Made by a program: the position numbers and the translations under genes
NCBI GenBank assembly: GCA_047150005.1
Contig: AP038806.1
Location: forward strand, 2,784,001-2,848,000
Direction: 5' to 3'
Origin: Nitrospira sp.
GTDB lineage: Bacteria; Nitrospirota; Nitrospiria; Nitrospirales; Nitrospiraceae
Length of the DNA stretch: 64,000 bases
Notes under the pieces: model-generated
What the model was told of the DNA's origin: nothing
Seen by the model: the letters and a program-made list of their open reading frames with translations, nothing else
The model's database searches: none
Part shown: positions 18,297-28,714 of the stretch, in pieces
How positions within the stretch are numbered: the first letter of the stretch is position 1
How the letters are laid out: every line of letters begins with the position of its first letter

Positions 18297-19025
18297 CTAT
18301 TTCACGAGCCAGACGCGATAGGTCTTGGTGGCCATCGGCTTGGCGACTTTCAGCACGCCCGTGGCGCCCGGGTTCATGACGTCGTCCCCGGATGCGCTGC
18401 GTCTCGCCGGGTAGCGCTCGGTGCGGATGAGGAACTTTTGGTCGTTGTAGAAGTCCACCATGATGTCGGCGGTTTCTCGTAATCCACCCTGGTAGTTCGT
18501 GTTCAACCAATCGAGCCGCCGCAACGCTTGGTATTCGATCGAGATGGTGCCGTTGGCTTCATCGCGGACCACGAGGATCTTGAGCGAGCGATTTTGATCG
18601 AGGCCGTCTCCACCGGCCGGTTCGCCCGCCAGTTGAGTCCGGATCGCCTTCACGCTTTCGTCCACGACGAGTGTGCCGCGGACTCGACAGGTGACGGTCT
18701 TGCCCTGCTGGAATTGCTCGAGAATCTTTTGATCCCGGACATACTTCGTCACGAGGTTGTTGGCGATCTCGCGCAGCAATGCGGAGTCGACGACGTTGGC
18801 GGTCTGGTCGCGATACAATGGCGATTCGATCACGGCCAGTCTCCAGGCTTCGCGGCAGGCCAGCGTGAGGGCATCGGACGGTGTCTCTGGCTCATGAAAG
18901 GTATACCGATACTCGCCGGTCACTTCGGTCTTCTCCGGGGCGGCCTCCGCAGCTATGGCGATCAACGGAGCAAAAAGTAAGAGACCAAGGACTCCTGACG
19001 TCGTATGTCTGTATGCCATCGCCAT
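18297..19025 (-). CDS. Exported hypothetical protein
   Basis: GAGGAGG RBS, signal peptide (GVLGLLLFAPLIAIA), host-like codon usage. Confidence 0.75.
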   Translation of the reverse strand: MAMAYRHTTSGVLGLLLFAPLIAIAAEAAPEKTEVTGEYRYTFHEPETPSDALTLACREAWRLAVIESPLYRDQTANVVDSALLREIANNLVTKYVRDQKILEQFQQGKTVTCRVRGTLVVDESVKAIRTQLAGEPAGGDGLDQNRSLKILVVRDEANGTISIEYQALRRLDWLNTNYQGGLRETADIMVDFYNDQKFLIRTERYPARRSASGDDVMNPGATGVLKVAKPMATKTYRVWLVK

Positions 19026-19244
19026 GGGACGCCTCCTCTGCCGTCGGGACGATCGAGCCTCAGCCCGGCTGGCGGAATGACGCGGATATCCTACCATGGG
19101 CATCGTATGACATAAAGGCAGCCGGGATGGGCTTCGCCGGCAGATGGCCGCGCGCGACCGATAGATCGCATTCGCTGCGAGACGCGGGGCTTGTCTGGTA
19201 TGGTCGTGCGGCCGGTCGTAGCCTGCGGATCGGTGCGCACCTTG

Positions 19245-20138
19245 TCATAAGGCTGCGTTCAGGGCTTGGATAGTGAGAGGACTGCAGCCTTCCGCCCGAT
19301 TGTTCGCGAGAACATAGATGGGTGTGCCTTCCTGGACGGCCTGGTTGATGAGGGCGACTGTGTCCTGTCTCATGCTCGTCTGTTCCTGCACGATGCGGTT
19401 ATAGGGTTTGTACCGCGCGACGGCCTTTTCGTACGCGAGGCCAAGCGGGGTCAGGAGTCTCACAACCGCGAACGAGGCGAGAAAGCGTCGGTCCAACACC
19501 TGATGCTGGTAGGACAGCGGCGGCATGGCGGTCCAGTGGTTGTATACGTGGGTAACGTTGTGTGCCTGAAGGATGTCGCCGTAACGACGGCCGAGCAAGA
19601 TTGGATTGCGGATTTCGACGCCATAGAGCGGGCCCGATGGGAGCTGTTCCAAGAAGCGATCGAGTCGATCCAGAAAGACCGGCGGTTCGACGCCCCAGCG
19701 CTGAAACTCGAAGATGAACGGGCCGAGCCTGTCGCCCAGGCCTGTTGCCGCCGGATTCAGCATCGATTCGCGAAACAGCGCGGCGTCGAGAAAACGCGGA
19801 TTGGATTTGCCCGCTTTTGCTCCGTATCGCGGCAGGTTGGCATAGACGGGCACGGTAATGTCTTCCCACACTTTCTGGCAGAAGCGGAAGTCGGCCGGCA
19901 CCTGTGCCGCGTAGTGCGCCAACTGGGCGGCGTCGGCCGGATGATAAAACGAATGGTCGATGCCGACTGTGCGGAACAGCGGAGGCTCTTCCTCACTGAA
20001 CCGGTGCGCGGCGTACTCCGCAAGCGTGTCCTGGCTGAAACGGCCCTTCGGATAGGCCCGATGGTAGACCAGTCCTTGCCAGCCTTCGTAGGCCCAGGAA
20101 CTCGTGCCGAATCGCACCAAATCACAGGCGCAAATCAT
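19245..20138 (-). CDS. DUF72 domain protein
   Basis: RFGTSSWAYEGW, TVGIDHSFY, FRFCQKV...IT, LGPFIFEF, VEIRN, NNRAEG. Confidence 0.88.
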   Translation of the reverse strand: MICACDLVRFGTSSWAYEGWQGLVYHRAYPKGRFSQDTLAEYAAHRFSEEEPPLFRTVGIDHSFYHPADAAQLAHYAAQVPADFRFCQKVWEDITVPVYANLPRYGAKAGKSNPRFLDAALFRESMLNPAATGLGDRLGPFIFEFQRWGVEPPVFLDRLDRFLEQLPSGPLYGVEIRNPILLGRRYGDILQAHNVTHVYNHWTAMPPLSYQHQVLDRRFLASFAVVRLLTPLGLAYEKAVARYKPYNRIVQEQTSMRQDTVALINQAVQEGTPIYVLANNRAEGCSPLTIQALNAAL

Positions 20139-20220
20139 ATGCCCGCATTGTACTGAAATCGTGTTCAAGAACAATAGGATAGCTTGACTTGATTGGCGTC
20201 TTCACTCAGACTCTTCCCTT

Positions 20221-22470
20221 ATGTTCGCTTCCGACGAATCTTCTCTCCTCGCGACACTGGCAGAACGGGTCGGCATCGCCTCGGAATATTACGACATCGG
20301 CGGGACGCTGCACGTCGCCTCCGATGACGCGAAGCGGGCGATCCTCTCGGCAATGGGGTTCAATATCCATTCGACCGAAGAACTCACCAAAGCCTTGCGG
20401 GAGTGGGAAGAGGCTCCCTGGCGCCGTCCCTGTGAGCCGGTGCTGGTGGTGCGCGAAGGCACCGGCGAAGCGGTCGTCCTCTGCTGTCTGATGCTTGAAG
20501 ACGGCAAGGAACGGTCCGTCGTGGTGCAGTGGACGATCTCCGATGAAAATGGACAACCGGTGCGCACCGGCGAGGCAGGACCCGGTCTCTCGGCGGCTGA
20601 AGTGCGCTTTGTGGAAGGGCAACGACGAGTACGACTGGATTGCCGATTGCCGGGTGACTTGCCGATCGGCTACTACACAGTGACGGTTCAGGCTTCCGGG
20701 CTGGTGGGCGACTCGTCCGGGACGATGCGTCTGATCGTGGCTCCTCAGCAGTGCTATCTGCCGCCCGCGCTTGCGGATCACCGGCGCATCTGGGGCATGG
20801 CACTACAACTCTATGCGCTGTCGTCGAATCGGAACTGGGGCTGTGGAGACTTTACGGATCTGGGCACGGTGGTCGAGTGGGCCGGCGCCTCGCTCGGCGC
20901 TGGGTTGGTCGGGCTCAATCCGCTGCACGCTCTGCGCAACAGCGCTCCACACCATACCAGTCCCTATGCACCCGTCACGCGGCTCTTTCTCAACGAACTC
21001 TACATCGATCTCGAGCGGCTGCCGGAATTCTGGGCGTCGCCGGAGGCGCAGCGTCAGTTTCAGGCGCCGGAATTTCAAGCCAAGCTCAAGGCCCTGCGTG
21101 AAAGCCGCCGAGTGGACTATGACGTCATTGCCACCGCGAAACGTGGTTTCCTGGATCTGGCCTATCGGCAGTTTTTGAAAGAGCACTATGTCGGGAACGA
21201 GCCTGATTTGGAGCCGAAGACCGCCCGCGCCAAGCTTCTCGAGCGGTTTATTCGGGCCGAAGGGGAGTCGCTGGAACTGTATGCCACATTCCAGACGCTG
21301 GAAGAGGAACGCCGACTGATTCAACCCAAGGCGTCCTCGTGGCGCGATTGGCCTGCTCAGTTTCAGTCCCCCGGACCGGCTGTGCGCGAGTATGGGAAGC
21401 GGCATCGGAAGCGTCTGCGGTTCTTCCAGTATATCCAGTGGGTTGCGTCGGAACAGTTGGGCGAAAACCGCCGGAGATCCGAACAGGCGGGTATGACGAT
21501 CGGGCTGTACAATGATCTGGCGCTGGGGGCGGAGCGGTTCGGAGCCGAATCCTGGATGTATCAATCGGTGCTGGCGCTCGATGCCGACTGCGGCGCTCCG
21601 CCCGATTCATTGGGACCGCAGGGACAGAATTGGGGGTTGCCGCCGGTCAATCCGTTGGCGCTGCGCGCCGGCGGTTATGAACTGATCATCCGTCTGTTGC
21701 GCAATAACCTCCGATTCGGCGGCGCGATCAGGCTGGACCACGTGATGGCGCTCTGTCGGCTCTTCTGGATTCCGCGAGGAAAGCCGGCGGCGGAGGGCAC
21801 CTATGTGCACTATCCATTCGAAGATTTGCTTGCGATCGTCGCGCTGGAAAGCGTGCGGGCCAAAACTCTGGTGATCGGTGAAGATCTCGGGACCGTCCCC
21901 GATTGGGTACGCGAGGAGTTGGCCAAAGCCAGGGTCCTGTCCTATCGCGTCTTCTACTTCGAGCGCCACGGTGACGGAACCTGCAAGGCGCCAAATGAGT
22001 ATCCCGAACAGTCGCTCGCCGTCGTCGGGACCCACGACCTGCCGACATTGACCGGCTTCTGGTCTGGTGAGGATCTGCAAGTGAGGGCCGGATTGGGGGC
22101 GCTGGGAGACGATGACGCCAAGCGCCGAGCGTGGGAGGACCGTCGCCGCGACAAGGGGCGCATGCTGGAGGCACTCGCCCGCGAAAGCTTGTTGCCTGAA
22201 GGTCTGTCAACCGACCCGGATTCGGCACCCTCGATGACGCCGGCTCTCTGCCAGGCCATCCATATCTATCTGGCACGCACTACCTCCGCCGTCGTGCTGG
22301 CCAATCTGGAGGACGGTTTGGAGGAGCTGTCGCAGACCAACCTGCCGGGCACCATCGATGCCCATCCCAATTGGAACAGAAAGTACGCCGTTCCGGTCGA
22401 GACCCTGCCTACAGACCACCGGTTGCGGGATCTGGCTGCCGTCTTGCGTTCCGCACGCCCGCTAGGCTAA
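20221..22470 (+). CDS. malQ: 4-alpha-glucanotransferase (amylomaltase, GH77)
   Basis: WG..LQLY, GDFTDL, NPLH, SPY, DLALG, GAPPD..GQNWG.PP, RLDH, IGEDLG, THDLPT, NLPGT...NW. Confidence 0.95.
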   Translation: MFASDESSLLATLAERVGIASEYYDIGGTLHVASDDAKRAILSAMGFNIHSTEELTKALREWEEAPWRRPCEPVLVVREGTGEAVVLCCLMLEDGKERSVVVQWTISDENGQPVRTGEAGPGLSAAEVRFVEGQRRVRLDCRLPGDLPIGYYTVTVQASGLVGDSSGTMRLIVAPQQCYLPPALADHRRIWGMALQLYALSSNRNWGCGDFTDLGTVVEWAGASLGAGLVGLNPLHALRNSAPHHTSPYAPVTRLFLNELYIDLERLPEFWASPEAQRQFQAPEFQAKLKALRESRRVDYDVIATAKRGFLDLAYRQFLKEHYVGNEPDLEPKTARAKLLERFIRAEGESLELYATFQTLEEERRLIQPKASSWRDWPAQFQSPGPAVREYGKRHRKRLRFFQYIQWVASEQLGENRRRSEQAGMTIGLYNDLALGAERFGAESWMYQSVLALDADCGAPPDSLGPQGQNWGLPPVNPLALRAGGYELIIRLLRNNLRFGGAIRLDHVMALCRLFWIPRGKPAAEGTYVHYPFEDLLAIVALESVRAKTLVIGEDLGTVPDWVREELAKARVLSYRVFYFERHGDGTCKAPNEYPEQSLAVVGTHDLPTLTGFWSGEDLQVRAGLGALGDDDAKRRAWEDRRRDKGRMLEALARESLLPEGLSTDPDSAPSMTPALCQAIHIYLARTTSAVVLANLEDGLEELSQTNLPGTIDAHPNWNRKYAVPVETLPTDHRLRDLAAVLRSARPLG

Positions 22471-22607
22471 GACCTTCCGTCGGAGATGTGGCCTTGTCTG
22501 CCTCCTTTACAGATGGAGAGCGGTGCGATCGACGGTGGACGTGCTTCATCGGCGCCGGCTTGCCGCGTCGGCCTGGATCCCGGTAGCCTCCGCCACGGAC
22601 GTTCACG

Positions 22608-23762
22608 ATGAACAAGCAGAACCGCATTCTTCTGGCCGTCGCGGGAGTCGTCTTTCTTGCCATCGTGATTCTGGAGACCGTCGCGCCGGCGAACATCGTC
22701 GCCGCGTACGGGCTGGTGTTTCCCATTTTGCTGGTCGCGCGGCTGCGTAATCGGGCGCTCATGGTGCTGGCAGTCGTGTGCTGCGTGGCGGCGACCTATC
22801 TGGGCTTGATGCAGCCGACGAAGCCCGGACGGTTTCAGGCCGCGGTGATCAACCGCTCCGTCGTGGCGGGGGTGCTGATGGTGGTGGCCTACGTCGGTAT
22901 GACGTGGGAAGAGCGGAAAGCCAGGGAGGCGGCGGCGAAGGCGGCTCTGGCGCAACAGACCGAAAGTCTGCTGCGCGCCAACACGCTGTTGGTCGATGCG
23001 AAGGATCAACTGAACCGCTCGGAACGCCTAGCCGCCGTCGGGCAGCTCGTGGCTTCGGTCGCCCACGAGGTCGGGACGCCGCTGCATTCGATCGCCTGGC
23101 ATGTTCAGGCGCTGGCCGAGGAACCGGGTGTCACGCCGGAAATGAAGAAGCGCATCACGGTCATCGACGAGCAGCTCAACCGTGTGGTCCGGATCATCCA
23201 AGACCTGCTGTCTTCGACCAGACAGCGCAAACCCGAACCGGTGTGGATGTCCGCGGAGCAGGTCATCAATCCGGCCACGGCACTGCTGGAGCCGGCGTTC
23301 CACGCAAAAGGCGTGTCGTTGGGCGTGGAGTTGGCGATCGGGATTCCATACGTGTGGGCCGATGCGGAGAAGGTGCATCAGGTATTGGTCAACCTGCTCA
23401 CGAATGCCTTGGCGGCCACGGCCCAGCATGGCTCGGTGATCGTGCAGGCGGGCGGTCGCGCCGCTACGGCTGAGGAAGTGGAGGTGGCGCGCCGCATGGC
23501 TCCTGATATGACGGCCATGATGGTGACCATCGCCGTGCGTGACACGGGGGTTGGCATGCCGGCGGCGGACGTACAGCGGGCTTTCCATCCATTTTTCACG
23601 ACCAAGGAAGTTGGCAAAGGGACAGGATTGGGACTATTCTTGAGCCGTGAAACGGTGGCGGCGCACGGGGGAGGCCTGTCTCTCCAGAGCGAAGCCGGTC
23701 GGGGGACCGTAGTCATGGTGACATTGCCCGGGAAGATGCCGGAACCGGGCGCAACGGTGTAG
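22608..23762 (+). CDS. Membrane sensor histidine kinase (NtrB-like)
   Basis: N-terminal TMs, ERLAAVGQLVASVAHEVGTPL, NLLTNA, DTGVG, FFTTK..GKGTGLGL. Confidence 0.93.
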   Translation: MNKQNRILLAVAGVVFLAIVILETVAPANIVAAYGLVFPILLVARLRNRALMVLAVVCCVAATYLGLMQPTKPGRFQAAVINRSVVAGVLMVVAYVGMTWEERKAREAAAKAALAQQTESLLRANTLLVDAKDQLNRSERLAAVGQLVASVAHEVGTPLHSIAWHVQALAEEPGVTPEMKKRITVIDEQLNRVVRIIQDLLSSTRQRKPEPVWMSAEQVINPATALLEPAFHAKGVSLGVELAIGIPYVWADAEKVHQVLVNLLTNALAATAQHGSVIVQAGGRAATAEEVEVARRMAPDMTAMMVTIAVRDTGVGMPAADVQRAFHPFFTTKEVGKGTGLGLFLSRETVAAHGGGLSLQSEAGRGTVVMVTLPGKMPEPGATV

Positions 23763-23776
23763 AAACGAAAACGATC

Positions 23777-25192
23777 ATGAATGTTGCAACGATTTTGGTG
23801 GTCGACGACGACGCGGTGGCCCGGGATCTGCTGGCTGAAGCGTTGAAGAAGGAAGGCTACAACGTCGAGGCCTTCGGGAGCGGCGAAGAAGCCATTGCGA
23901 GAGGACGGGAAGGCTCGGTGGACCTGGTGCTCACGGATATCCGCATGGGAGCCGTGGACGGCCTCACGGTGCTGCGCGAGTTCAAACGGACAAGTCCGGA
24001 CACCGCCGTCGTGGTCCTGACGGCCTTCGGCTCGTTGGAAGGGGCGATCGAGGCCATCAAGCAGGGGGCATATGACTACTTGGCCAAGCCGTTCAAAAGG
24101 GAAGAGATCAAGCTCGTCGTCGAACGGAGCTTGGATCACTGCCGTCTGGTACGGGAAAACACCCGGTTTCGAGAGGAGCTCAAGGGCAAAGAGGACTGGT
24201 CGCCGCTGGTGGGCAGCAGTCCCGCGATGCTTGAAGTCTATAAGCTGGTCGCCCGGGTGTCGGAAGGAAAGAGCACGGTGTTGTTGCAGGGCGAAAGCGG
24301 AACTGGAAAAGAACTGATCGCTCGCGCCATCCATGCCAACGGCCCCAGGCGGGAGAAGACGTTCGTGCCGGTGAATTGCGGGGCACTACCCGACGCGCTG
24401 CTCGAATCGGAGATGTTCGGGCATGAGAAGGGCGCTTTTACGGGAGCCGTGGGCACTAAAACGGGCCTCTTCGAGTCGGCCAGTGGAGGCACCCTGTTTC
24501 TCGATGAGATCGGGGAGCTGGGGCAGGCGCTACAAGTGAAGCTCCTGCGCGTCATGCAGGAGCAGGAAGTGAGGCGGGTCGGCGGGACGGCCTCGATCAA
24601 GGTCGATGTGCGGATTATCGCAGCGACGAATCGGGACTTGGAACAGCTCGTCAAGGAGGCGAAGTTTCGTGACGATCTGTTCTATCGGCTGAATGTCGTC
24701 CGCATCACCTTGCCGTCGCTCAAGGAGCGTCAGGAAGATATTCCCATGCTGGCCCACCACTTTCTGCAGAAGTGGGGCGTCGGTGCAACGCGAGCCGTGA
24801 GGGGGTTTCACCCTGATACACTGACGCTGTTGCAACAATATCGGTGGCCGGGGAACGTGCGTGAACTGGAGAACGCCATCGAACGGGCCATGTCGCTGAG
24901 CCGGGGCCCGCTCCTAACGCCGGACGATCTTCCTGCTGCCATTCGGCAGGTAGGAACGGAACCGAGCCAACGGGTGGAGCCGGCGGAATCTCCTGGCGAG
25001 GCCTATCTCACGCTGGAAGAAGTGGAGAAACGCCACCTGATACGTGTCTTGAAAGAAATGAAGGGTAACAAGGTCAAGGCGGCGAAGGTGCTCGGCATTG
25101 ATCGGCGGACGCTGTACCGGATGGCGGACCGTTTCGGAGTGGATCTCGGCGACGATGGAGATGGAGGCGATGCCGCACCCACCTCGAACTGA
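23777..25192 (+). CDS. Sigma54-dependent response regulator (REC-AAA+-Fis HTH)
   Basis: VVDDD...TDIRM, GESGTGKE, GAFTGA, FLDEIG, WPGNVREL, C-terminal HTH. Confidence 0.95.
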   Translation: MNVATILVVDDDAVARDLLAEALKKEGYNVEAFGSGEEAIARGREGSVDLVLTDIRMGAVDGLTVLREFKRTSPDTAVVVLTAFGSLEGAIEAIKQGAYDYLAKPFKREEIKLVVERSLDHCRLVRENTRFREELKGKEDWSPLVGSSPAMLEVYKLVARVSEGKSTVLLQGESGTGKELIARAIHANGPRREKTFVPVNCGALPDALLESEMFGHEKGAFTGAVGTKTGLFESASGGTLFLDEIGELGQALQVKLLRVMQEQEVRRVGGTASIKVDVRIIAATNRDLEQLVKEAKFRDDLFYRLNVVRITLPSLKERQEDIPMLAHHFLQKWGVGATRAVRGFHPDTLTLLQQYRWPGNVRELENAIERAMSLSRGPLLTPDDLPAAIRQVGTEPSQRVEPAESPGEAYLTLEEVEKRHLIRVLKEMKGNKVKAAKVLGIDRRTLYRMADRFGVDLGDDGDGGDAAPTSN

Positions 25193-25241
25193 ATCGGGCG
25201 GCCTGCATCGGACAGCCGGATGAGGATCTCTAGGCTGATCC

Positions 25242-25688
25242 TCAGAGGAAATGGAGGGCGTTTTTGATCAGCCGGAGTTGGTTTTCAGCGCTTTGAGGCA
25301 AGGCCGTCGGAGAGTCCTCCCACCTGGTGAACAGTCCGTCTTTTCCCTCATAAAGCACGTGGAGCCTCAGCCTGGTGCTCGCCTCCGAGGAGGGAGTCAC
25401 CCGAGCCTCCACCCGGCTCTTTCCCGTTCCGAATCGCCAATGCAGCATCCAGTCCCAGGGTCCCCGTATCTCCTGACGATAGTCGGTCGCCAGGTGTTCA
25501 TCGTCCTTGTGGTCGATGTCGTAGCCCCCGTCGGTCAATACTTCAATGACCGCGGTTCTGACCTGATCGGCCGGAGCCGGTAACATGACGTCAATGATGT
25601 CTGGTTCATGAGGGATAATGGGGCCGGCACACGCGAGGGTTCCAAGGAGACAGAGGCAGAGGACGGTTCGAGGAAGGATGGTGATCAC
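25242..25688 (-). CDS. Putative lipoprotein
   Basis: GTG start overlapping upstream stop; leader ending TLAC. Confidence 0.65.
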   Translation of the reverse strand: MITILPRTVLCLCLLGTLACAGPIIPHEPDIIDVMLPAPADQVRTAVIEVLTDGGYDIDHKDDEHLATDYRQEIRGPWDWMLHWRFGTGKSRVEARVTPSSEASTRLRLHVLYEGKDGLFTRWEDSPTALPQSAENQLRLIKNALHFL

Positions 25689-25939
25689 TTGGCCTTGGTT
25701 TCCTTCAATCGATACACCAAATGCGTGTCGGTCTGAGTCACTCCTTCGATGGCATGAATTCGGCTGAGCACCAACTGCGTTAAGGCGTCTTGGTCCGCTA
25801 CTTCCACGACGGCAATGATATCGGGTTTGCCCCAACAGGGATCTACGGTCTTGATCTGCTTGATGTCGCGTAGCGCCCGGACGACACCGCTGGTCTGCCC
25901 CGGAAGTACGTGAATCAACACATAGGCACGGTCCGCCAT
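25685..25939 (-). CDS. Stand-alone Lrp/AsnC ligand-binding (RAM) domain protein
   Basis: AYVLIHV.PG...WG.PDIIAVVE...I.AIEGV..T.T pattern, 84 aa. Confidence 0.8.
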   Translation of the reverse strand: MADRAYVLIHVLPGQTSGVVRALRDIKQIKTVDPCWGKPDIIAVVEVADQDALTQLVLSRIHAIEGVTQTDTHLVYRLKETKAK

Positions 25940-26103
25940 AACTACCCCGCCGTCAACCGGCGCGTGAATCGTACAAGGCACCGCCGGAATGGCAGGTTCC
26001 CCGTCAACGTAGCGGATGCCCCGTGCGCCTGTCAATGTGCCGGTGGTGGATTTCGCTGAGGGTGGAGGGGTGAGGTCGGACTTCGCTTTCTTCATCGATG
26101 GCC

Positions 26104-27591
26104 TCATTTCGGTGCGACGTAGACGTCGACGGTCAATTGGTCGCTGATACTGATGAGATCGGTCTCGAGCCCACGAGGATTGCCGATCCGTCCTTCGGGG
26201 TCGTACACAAAATACAGCAGCGTCGAGCATCGCTTCAGCGTTCGGCAATGCTCGATGTCGGCGCGCAACTGCTCCGTGAGGTCTCTGGTGTTCAATCCGG
26301 ACCTGGTCTTCTTCACGATGACGGCAAGGCAACCGTCGTTGAGCAGGAACATCGCGCGTGGCGTGCCGTCGGCATAGCCCGGCACCCACTCGCTTGTCTC
26401 GATGTCGTCGAAGGAAACTCGCAGCAGGGCGTGTAACAGATCCCGGGCATCGAGTTCGTCCTCGACGTTCAGCGTGGCGCGGTACTCGCCTCGAAGGCGA
26501 AGCTGCCGGGCGATCGTGTGGAACCGCTTGCAAAGGGATTTGACCGTCTCCGAGGGATCGGGTCCTGGGTCAGTTCCAGCTGAGGACTGTGGTTTCGTCG
26601 AAGGCGACGGCTCCGTGGACAGGGTCTTTGGAATCGAAGAAACGGGTACAGCCGCGGGCTGCTCGAGCTCCGGAGCGGCAAGCTTCGATTCGGCAACAGC
26701 GGGTGCCGCCGGTATCGGGACAGGTGGCGACACCGGCATCGATGCCGGTGGGGAAGGCGATGCAGCTGTGGGTGTCATAGTTTGGGATTCCTGCAATGAA
26801 GGTTGTAGAGGTGCAGCGGGAACCGGGGGACTGGGTGGAACCGGGTTGGGAGTAGCGAGGTGAATTGACTCAGACGTCGAGGAGGCGGGAGCTGGTGATC
26901 GAGGGACTGCCGTGGAGGCGGCGACCGTCTGCCGGTTCGCCGGAGCCTGAGGGGCCTCAATGGGAATAGATGAAAGAGGAAGCGGTACCGGTGGTCTCGG
27001 CGTTGGTTTCGGTGGATCAGATGCTGCCTGCTGAATGCCGGCTAGCGGCGTCGGCGGTACAGCCGATGGCTGAGTCATGTCCAGATTCGTGGTAAGGGCC
27101 ACGGACATCGTAATCGGGGGAGGTACGATAGGAGCCGCAGGGGTGATGGTTACCTGGGCTGTCGGAGTCGACGGAGGCACCAGTGCCAACGAGGGTCGCG
27201 ACGGGGCAGTAGGGGGTACTGGGGCTGGAGCTGACGCCTCAGCGATAGGGGGCGGAGGCTTCAGGCCTTGGAGTTCCAACCTCTTGTCCTCAAGGGCGCC
27301 GATGAGGCTTTTGAGGAGCGCGACTGTCTGCTTCGTGTCGGCCGGTGTCTCCACGGAGAGGCGATGTTGTCGGTAGGTTTGAAATTCCGGCGACTTGTCT
27401 CCAAACGTCTTCTTGATGCATTCCTTGAGTTGTAGTTCGGTTCGAGCCCGGGCGCCTTCCAAATAAGGAAATCCGTCGCGTCCCAGGTCTTCGATCTGCG
27501 GAATGAAGCTCTGAAGACGTTCGACTCCTTGAGCGATGTCTTCCAGCATCGCGGTTTTCGACCGCACGCGCTCTGCTTTTACTCGTGCCAT
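26104..27591 (-). CDS. Protein with Pro-rich linker and C-terminal REase_DpnII-MboI-like domain with degenerate active site
   Basis: C-terminus EDELDARDLLHALL..FDD...EW.PGYA...FLL...VKKTR...EQL..DI...C..L.FVYDPEGRIGNPRGLETDL. Confidence 0.7.
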   Translation of the reverse strand: MARVKAERVRSKTAMLEDIAQGVERLQSFIPQIEDLGRDGFPYLEGARARTELQLKECIKKTFGDKSPEFQTYRQHRLSVETPADTKQTVALLKSLIGALEDKRLELQGLKPPPPIAEASAPAPVPPTAPSRPSLALVPPSTPTAQVTITPAAPIVPPPITMSVALTTNLDMTQPSAVPPTPLAGIQQAASDPPKPTPRPPVPLPLSSIPIEAPQAPANRQTVAASTAVPRSPAPASSTSESIHLATPNPVPPSPPVPAAPLQPSLQESQTMTPTAASPSPPASMPVSPPVPIPAAPAVAESKLAAPELEQPAAVPVSSIPKTLSTEPSPSTKPQSSAGTDPGPDPSETVKSLCKRFHTIARQLRLRGEYRATLNVEDELDARDLLHALLRVSFDDIETSEWVPGYADGTPRAMFLLNDGCLAVIVKKTRSGLNTRDLTEQLRADIEHCRTLKRCSTLLYFVYDPEGRIGNPRGLETDLISISDQLTVDVYVAPK

Positions 27592-27697
27592 GATGCGTGG
27601 AAAAAGTGTAGCGAAGGCCGCAGTCTCTGACAAGAAAACACCATAAAACTGACAGTCATGCGCATCTTCTACGCGACGAATTGCGAGCGAGCGGTTC

Positions 27698-27940
27698 CTA
27701 GGCTGCCGAGTCGAGTTCGGCCAATTCCTCGTCAAGACTCGAGGCCTGAGTCACGACGACCGGCGCTGCGACGACCATGCGCTCGCTATGTTGTTTCCGA
27801 CGATTCTGTTCTAGGACCGCGTCGAGCACATAACCGCAATTGATGCAACGCCATGTGGTAGTCCACCATTCCCCGCCACTCTCCAACAGATCCACGAAAT
27901 GGTCGCGAACCATGCAACCGTGGCAACGATGACAATTCAT
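27698..27940 (-). CDS. Small Zn-ribbon-like protein (CxxC...CxxC)
   Basis: MNCHRCHGCM...WRCINCG; AAGGGAG RBS. Confidence 0.75.
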   Translation of the reverse strand: MNCHRCHGCMVRDHFVDLLESGGEWWTTTWRCINCGYVLDAVLEQNRRKQHSERMVVAAPVVVTQASSLDEELAELDSAA

Positions 27941-28237
27941 GTGGGGCTCCCTTCGACGAGGTTTTCGCGATCCGATAGTGAAAAAATATCCGACTTCCTT
28001 GAGCGGTGTTAGACCTGAAAGGAGTACCTCGGAAGTGGGGATGGTAAAGGGCTGTACGCTAAACTCGCGGAAACCACGCTGATAGAGGCATCCAGCATCG
28101 TGGGGAAATGACCTGTCGATGAAGTTGCTGCGGATATGGGCAAGCTTGCAGCAGATCAGGAGGGTAGGGGCGCTAGGGCTAGATGGAGGCGGTTGTCCCA
28201 TCTTGGTCGCTGATGCAGAACCGGAGTCCAAGTGAAA

Positions 28238-28534
28238 TCACCTGGACCGCTCCCAACTTTGCAGAATACGTTGCTGGTCGAAGGTTAGAACATATTCTTC
28301 GCAGCGAGAGTTTCCCACCATTCCAGATTGATTGGCAACAACGCTTCCCCGACAGATTCGATAGACCCAAACTTCACTGCCATCGTTCAACTGTTCTGTA
28401 CTACTGGGAGGGCCGAGCTCTTGGGCCACCGCATCCTGGTGGGCGTGTCCTCTTGCTTCCTCCAGATAGGCCGATATCCAGGGTGTACATCCGGTCAGAA
28501 CTAGAAAGAGAAGCGCGATGATACACAGTCGCAT
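28238..28534 (-). CDS. Small lipoprotein (SmpA/OmlA-like fold possible)
   Basis: Lipobox LTGC; LGPPS...GSEVWVY...LTFD...L.SW. Confidence 0.7.
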   Translation of the reverse strand: MRLCIIALLFLVLTGCTPWISAYLEEARGHAHQDAVAQELGPPSSTEQLNDGSEVWVYRICRGSVVANQSGMVGNSRCEEYVLTFDQQRILQSWERSR

Positions 28535-28714
28535 CAATACCTGGCACACCTAAACGTTGCGCACATTCTAGATACATCGCCTCAGATGTCAATGTGACCT
28601 GGGGACTATGCCGCTATCTTCGTCTGAGCCGGTGAGCCGGGTTTTGCTGGCAGGAGGAGGAACTGACGATTTTCAGGATGGTTGTGTGACCACCTGATGC
28701 AAGAAGGGAAGGTT

